Positions 16,261 to 19,523 of a stretch of DNA of 19,523 bases are shown piece by piece. The position numbers and the translations under genes are program-made. The notes below the pieces were generated by a model. The model made no database searches. It saw nothing but the letters and a program-made list of their open reading frames with translations, and was not told where the DNA came from. Position 1 is the first letter of the stretch. Each line of letters opens with the position of its first letter. The DNA is taken from contig JALUEE010000011.1 in assembly GCA_027053075.1 (NCBI GenBank), forward strand, positions 1-19,523. Reading direction: 5' to 3'. The stretch is from a candidate division WOR-3 bacterium (GTDB taxonomy: Bacteria; Hydrothermota; Hydrothermia; B15-G9; WFZT01).

Positions 16261-17522
16261 TTCTTTAAATATGTAGCAACGGATATCCTGTAAAAATTTA
16301 CTGAATTCTCAGGAAATTTAAAAGGGTATGCTGTTCTTGTGAGGTTAATTTCTTCAAGCCTGACGACTACCGAATTAAAAAGTAAGAGTGTAACACTTCC
16401 TGAGAGATGTGGAGCACCATTACCAAAATAGTCCAATATTCCCATTAGCTCGATGTAATTCTCCTTAAAAAACATCTTTTTTGCCGAAATAAATGATCGA
16501 ATATTCACCTCCCTGTCAAATGAAGTGTCCTTCTGAAATTTTAAAAAGTTTCCGGCAATTCCAAGATTCAAAAATCTCCAGGCATGGGTGAGGTAAATCT
16601 TTCCGGCAAAGAATGGATTATGGCCGGCAAAGAGCCCCGTCGAGCTTGAATTTCCGTAACCGACAAAAATATAGTTATTGTCGGAAAAACGGTAACTCAT
16701 TCCGGCTAAAGTTCTATAAATTTCCGCAGAATCCTCCACTAAATCACTCCATGCATTTATGTGTAAGCGATGTAATCCAATGTCAATCCTGGTGATGGGA
16801 TAAATTTTGCGGCTCTTAAAGGGCTTCTTTATACCAAATGAAATCCATTTTCTGAAATTTGCAGATAATTCAATGAAATTCTCTCTCTTTGAGGTTCTCT
16901 CGAATGTCAACGTGTAATTTGCCCCTCCACTCTGGCCGGAAAATTGAGCTCCACCAACTGAAAGCCCGGGAAACAACCTGGCATAAAAAAACTTAAGCTT
17001 TTTTTTCGATTTGAGCAGCGTATTGTCCCAAAAAAGGGTTTTTATATAGCTTAAGCTGTCTCTTTTGAATTTATAGAAAAAAATCCGCGATTTTAGACTT
17101 TTATTTGAGTAAATGATGGACGGATTGAAGGCTGATATTTTTCTTGTAGGAATGGATGCAAAATCCGCAGAAATTGAGTAGTAAACAGGCCTGTAGTGAC
17201 CGGAGAAAAGCAAACCAGCATAAGTATAACTGTTTGTGCCCTTGCTCGAGTTCAACAGGGTTATCGTGCTATCGTACTCCTTTGGCAGAAATTCAATTGT
17301 ATTTGGACTCATTCTCATCTCAAAGGATTTTGAGAAAAAGAGAGAGACATCCTGCAGTTCGGGGAAATAAAATCCGTTGATTTTTAAATTTTTTTGAATT
17401 ACCGGGAAGGATGAGTCTCCAATTAGGGAATAGGTCTCAAAATTGTAAAATGGATTGAATGAAAGCTGACCATAATTTATCGGAACGGAGAGATTAAAGG
17501 CGAAGATCAGGAGAAAAATCAT
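16257..17522 (-). CDS. Hypothetical exported protein, possible outer-membrane beta-barrel
   Basis: 421-aa ORF with a short hydrophobic N-terminus and many alternating aromatic beta-strand-like segments, ending FYRISVATYLKN. Its stop overlaps the convergent gene's stop. Confidence 0.6.
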   Translation of the reverse strand: MIFLLIFAFNLSVPINYGQLSFNPFYNFETYSLIGDSSFPVIQKNLKINGFYFPELQDVSLFFSKSFEMRMSPNTIEFLPKEYDSTITLLNSSKGTNSYTYAGLLFSGHYRPVYYSISADFASIPTRKISAFNPSIIYSNKSLKSRIFFYKFKRDSLSYIKTLFWDNTLLKSKKKLKFFYARLFPGLSVGGAQFSGQSGGANYTLTFERTSKRENFIELSANFRKWISFGIKKPFKSRKIYPITRIDIGLHRLHINAWSDLVEDSAEIYRTLAGMSYRFSDNNYIFVGYGNSSSTGLFAGHNPFFAGKIYLTHAWRFLNLGIAGNFLKFQKDTSFDREVNIRSFISAKKMFFKENYIELMGILDYFGNGAPHLSGSVTLLLFNSVVVRLEEINLTRTAYPFKFPENSVNFYRISVATYLKN

Positions 17523-17749
17523 GGCAAAATTATTTTGTACTCATGGATGAAAGGTCAAATACAGTGGAGCATGGTAGAAAAAACTGATTTTTGGTTGCGA
17601 CACTGTTCCTTAACTTTTTTTGATAATATCTGCATCATAAAAATCCGGGAATTTGGATCAGTTATGCGTAGTTTTTAACTCCGTATGACTATCTAAACTT
17701 CTTCCTGTGGGAATGCCACTGCTTCTCTACTTCAAAGATATTTTTCAAA

Positions 17750-17895
17750 ATTTATGCATTATGCCCCCACCTTGATCTTCCCTCACTCGCTTTACGAGTG
17801 GTGGAAGGAATATCTGGATAGTAATCTCCATGGTTCAAAAACTTCCTCTCTCCGCAGTAAACACTTGCGTTGATAGGATAAAGGTAAAGGAATGC
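17750..17895. repeat. Degenerate REP-like hairpin modules
   Basis: CCCCACCTTGATCTTCCCTCACTCG-CTTTA-CGAGTGGTGGAAGG and AAACTTCCTCTCTCCGCAGTAAACACTTGCGTTGATAGG, the latter resembling 9262-9300 and 18198-18236. Confidence 0.5.
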
Positions 17896-17924
17896 AATTT
17901 ATTTCGTTCAAGCAAAAATCCATC

Positions 17925-18260
17925 AATCTCCCTCTCCCGCTTCGCGGGAGAGGGATGGGGTGAGGGTTTACATCTTGAATTTTTAAGATTTTAAGCGGAA
18001 AGCCCCCTCCCTTTAATCCCTCCCCCGCGCTTCGCGCGGGGGAGGGGAGTGTTTTGTGTTGTTGAAGGTTACAAGCTTTCGCTTGTTAGAAAGGTGCTTC
18101 TTGGTTTTCTGAACACTTAAGTTTCGATTGAAGGGTGACAATTAACTTAGCCTACGGATTCAGTATGTATGTTCAATTGATTGCCTGCATACCCTAAAAA
18201 CTTCCTCTCCCCGCATAAATTCTCTGCGGGGAGAGGTCAGGTGAGGGGTTACATCTGACA
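17925..18260. repeat. Composite REP-like hairpin element, copy B (inverted relative to copy A)
   Basis: Hairpins CCCTCTCCCGC-TTC-GCGGGAGAGGG, CCCTCCCCCGCGC-TTC-GCGCGGGGGAGGG and CCTCTCCCCGCA-N9-TGCGGGGAGAGG, with linkers homologous to 3975-4310. Confidence 0.8.
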
Positions 18261-18482
18261 TTTTCATTGTAAAAGTCTAAAAAGGATATTTTTTGCATAC
18301 AAATCTGAACCAGTTTTTTCCTCATCATACTCAAAAAGAATTGTCAAGTCCTGAAATATGTTGACATTTAAAAGGGGGACTCCCCTCAGCATGACCTACC
18401 CCCTGTCTTCACCTCAAATCCCTCTATCTCTACCTCCCCACTGTACACCTCGCTCGGCGTCGCATACCCCAACGACTGATGC

Positions 18483-18696
18483 CTGATATCACCCATGTTT
18501 TTGCTTGTCATGTATATTTATACAATACAATCTGGGCGAGAAATTCAATTTTTCGCAGTAAATCAACAATTTTACCTGAAGGATATATTCGTTTATACCG
18601 CATAAAGAGAGTGTTCAAATATTGAGCGTAGTACACCTTTTTGAAGACCTGGCAGGGATAAGGTGTTATTATCCAGAAATTCGTGGGTGACGTCAG
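18483..18696. mobile_element. MITE copy 1 (214 bp), IS4-family-like ends
   Basis: TIRs CTGATATCACCCATG / CGTGGGTGACGTCAG. Perfect 11-bp target duplication ACGACTGATGC at 18472-18482 and 18697-18707. Confidence 0.9.
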
Positions 18697-19180
18697 ACGA
18701 CTGATGCGGCCTCTCCTCATTGTACAACTCTATCGCCTCCTCCACAGCAACCCCTATCCCACTCTTGAATACTTCCCCCAATCCGTATTCCCTCTTTAAC
18801 GTCCCCACCACCCTCTCTGCATACGCATTGTCATATGCGCTCCCAACTTCCCCCATGCTCGCTCTCATCCCTTTTCTATCTAAATACTCCAAATACCCCC
18901 TGCTAGTGTATTGACTGCCATGATCGCTGTGATGTATTAGCCCCTTCACCTCACCCCCTGCATTCTCCACTGCCATCTCTAATGCTGACAACGCATTCCC
19001 CCATTCCAGTGTCTTGCCCAAACTCCACCCCACTACCTTCCTGCTGTACAAGTCCATCACTATAAACAAATATCTGAATCCACCATTACCCATCTCTATG
19101 TACGTTATATCCGCTACCCACACCTTGTTCGGCCTGTCTATTACCTCTCCCACCAATAAGTTCGACATCCGCTTTATCCC

Positions 19181-19396
19181 CTGACATCACCCATGTTTTT
19201 GCTTTTCATGTATATTTATACAACGCAATCTGGGCGGGAAATTCAATTTTTCGCACTAAATCAACAATTTTTACCGGAAGGATATATTCGTTTATACCGT
19301 ATAAAGAGAGTGTTCAAATATTGAGCGTAGTACACCTTTTTGTAGTCGTGGTAAGGGATGAGGTGTTATTTTCCAGAAATTCGTGGGTGACGTCAG
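19181..19396. mobile_element. MITE copy 2 (216 bp), same family
   Basis: TIRs CTGACATCACCCATG / CGTGGGTGACGTCAG. Perfect 10-bp target duplication GCTTTATCCC at 19171-19180 and 19397-19406. About 16 differences from copy 1 by manual alignment. Confidence 0.9.
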
Positions 19397-19523
19397 GCTT
19401 TATCCCTGGCCATGTCGTCCTGCTCTTCCGCCTCCTTCTCTTCACAAGTAAATCATTCGCCCTCATTAGCTCATATAACCTGTCCCTACCCATTCTTATA
19501 CCCTCCTGCTCCATCATTGGCTT

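Larger units (their letters stand above)
18342..19523 (-). mobile_element. IS3-family insertion sequence (right part; runs off the window end)
   Basis: rve integrase core, plus a probable terminal IR TGTCAAGTCCTGAAATATGTTGACA (18342-18366) with an IS3-type 5'-TG end just past the transposase stop. Confidence 0.85.
18386..19523 (-). pseudogene. IS3-family transposase OrfB, interrupted by two MITE insertions
   Basis: Removing each MITE and one TSD copy restores one frame: ...GRDRLYELMR...RTTWPGIK|RMSNLL...WVADITYI...MDLYSRKVVGW...HHSDHGSQY...DNAYAER...LKRE...YNEERPHQS|LGYATPSEVY...GRSC*. The DDE triad is intact. Confidence 0.9.

Noticed and set aside
8339..17380. Remaining short alternative-frame ORFs inside the GH26, protease, ABC, regulator and OMP-like genes
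   Set aside because: They overlap better-supported CDSs and have no independent signals.
18640..18666. Variable loop in MITE copy 1 (TGGCAGGGATAAGG) resembles the minus-strand target of copy 2 (GGCCAGGGATAAAG), suggesting RNA-guided targeting
   Set aside because: The exact match is only 9 nt, it is to the other copy's target, and there is no reciprocal match. TIRs plus 10-11-bp TSDs indicate ordinary DDE transposition, so this is likely chance.
18508..18720. ORF 18508-18720 and the shared C-terminal tails (DVTHEFL.NNT) of ORFs 18593-19168 and 19314-19517
   Set aside because: These are read-through into the non-coding MITE copies, not real protein sequence.

Overview
Chromosomal window from a diderm bacterium. 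My inference is an FCB-group lineage such as WOR-3/Hydrothermae, based on a secreted M6 protease with a YPNP-type C-terminal sorting domain and D-S/T-hydrophobic enrichment. In order it holds: the left end of an IS256-like element; a compact nuoA-nuoC-nuoE operon lacking nuoB, nuoD and nuoF; tRNA-Leu(GAG); a MeaB GTPase; a lipoprotein; a large atypical ClpB-like Hsp100; a GH26-type glycosidase that appears circularly permuted; an M6 metalloprotease/FG-GAP protein coupled to an MsbA-like ABC exporter; an AlbA-like/HATPase/wHTH regulator whose promoter is tiled with eight phased CCGG boxes; a probable outer-membrane protein; and an IS3 element disrupted twice by a ~215-bp IS4-like MITE. The intergenic regions carry a family of REP-like hairpins, including a ~330-bp composite element present as two inverted copies plus a partial third. 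No CRISPR array or clear multi-gene defence system is visible. The strongest leads are the permuted GH26, the CCGG-tiled regulator promoter, the MITE family, the composite hairpin repeat, the alternate-subunit nuo operon and the ClpB architecture.
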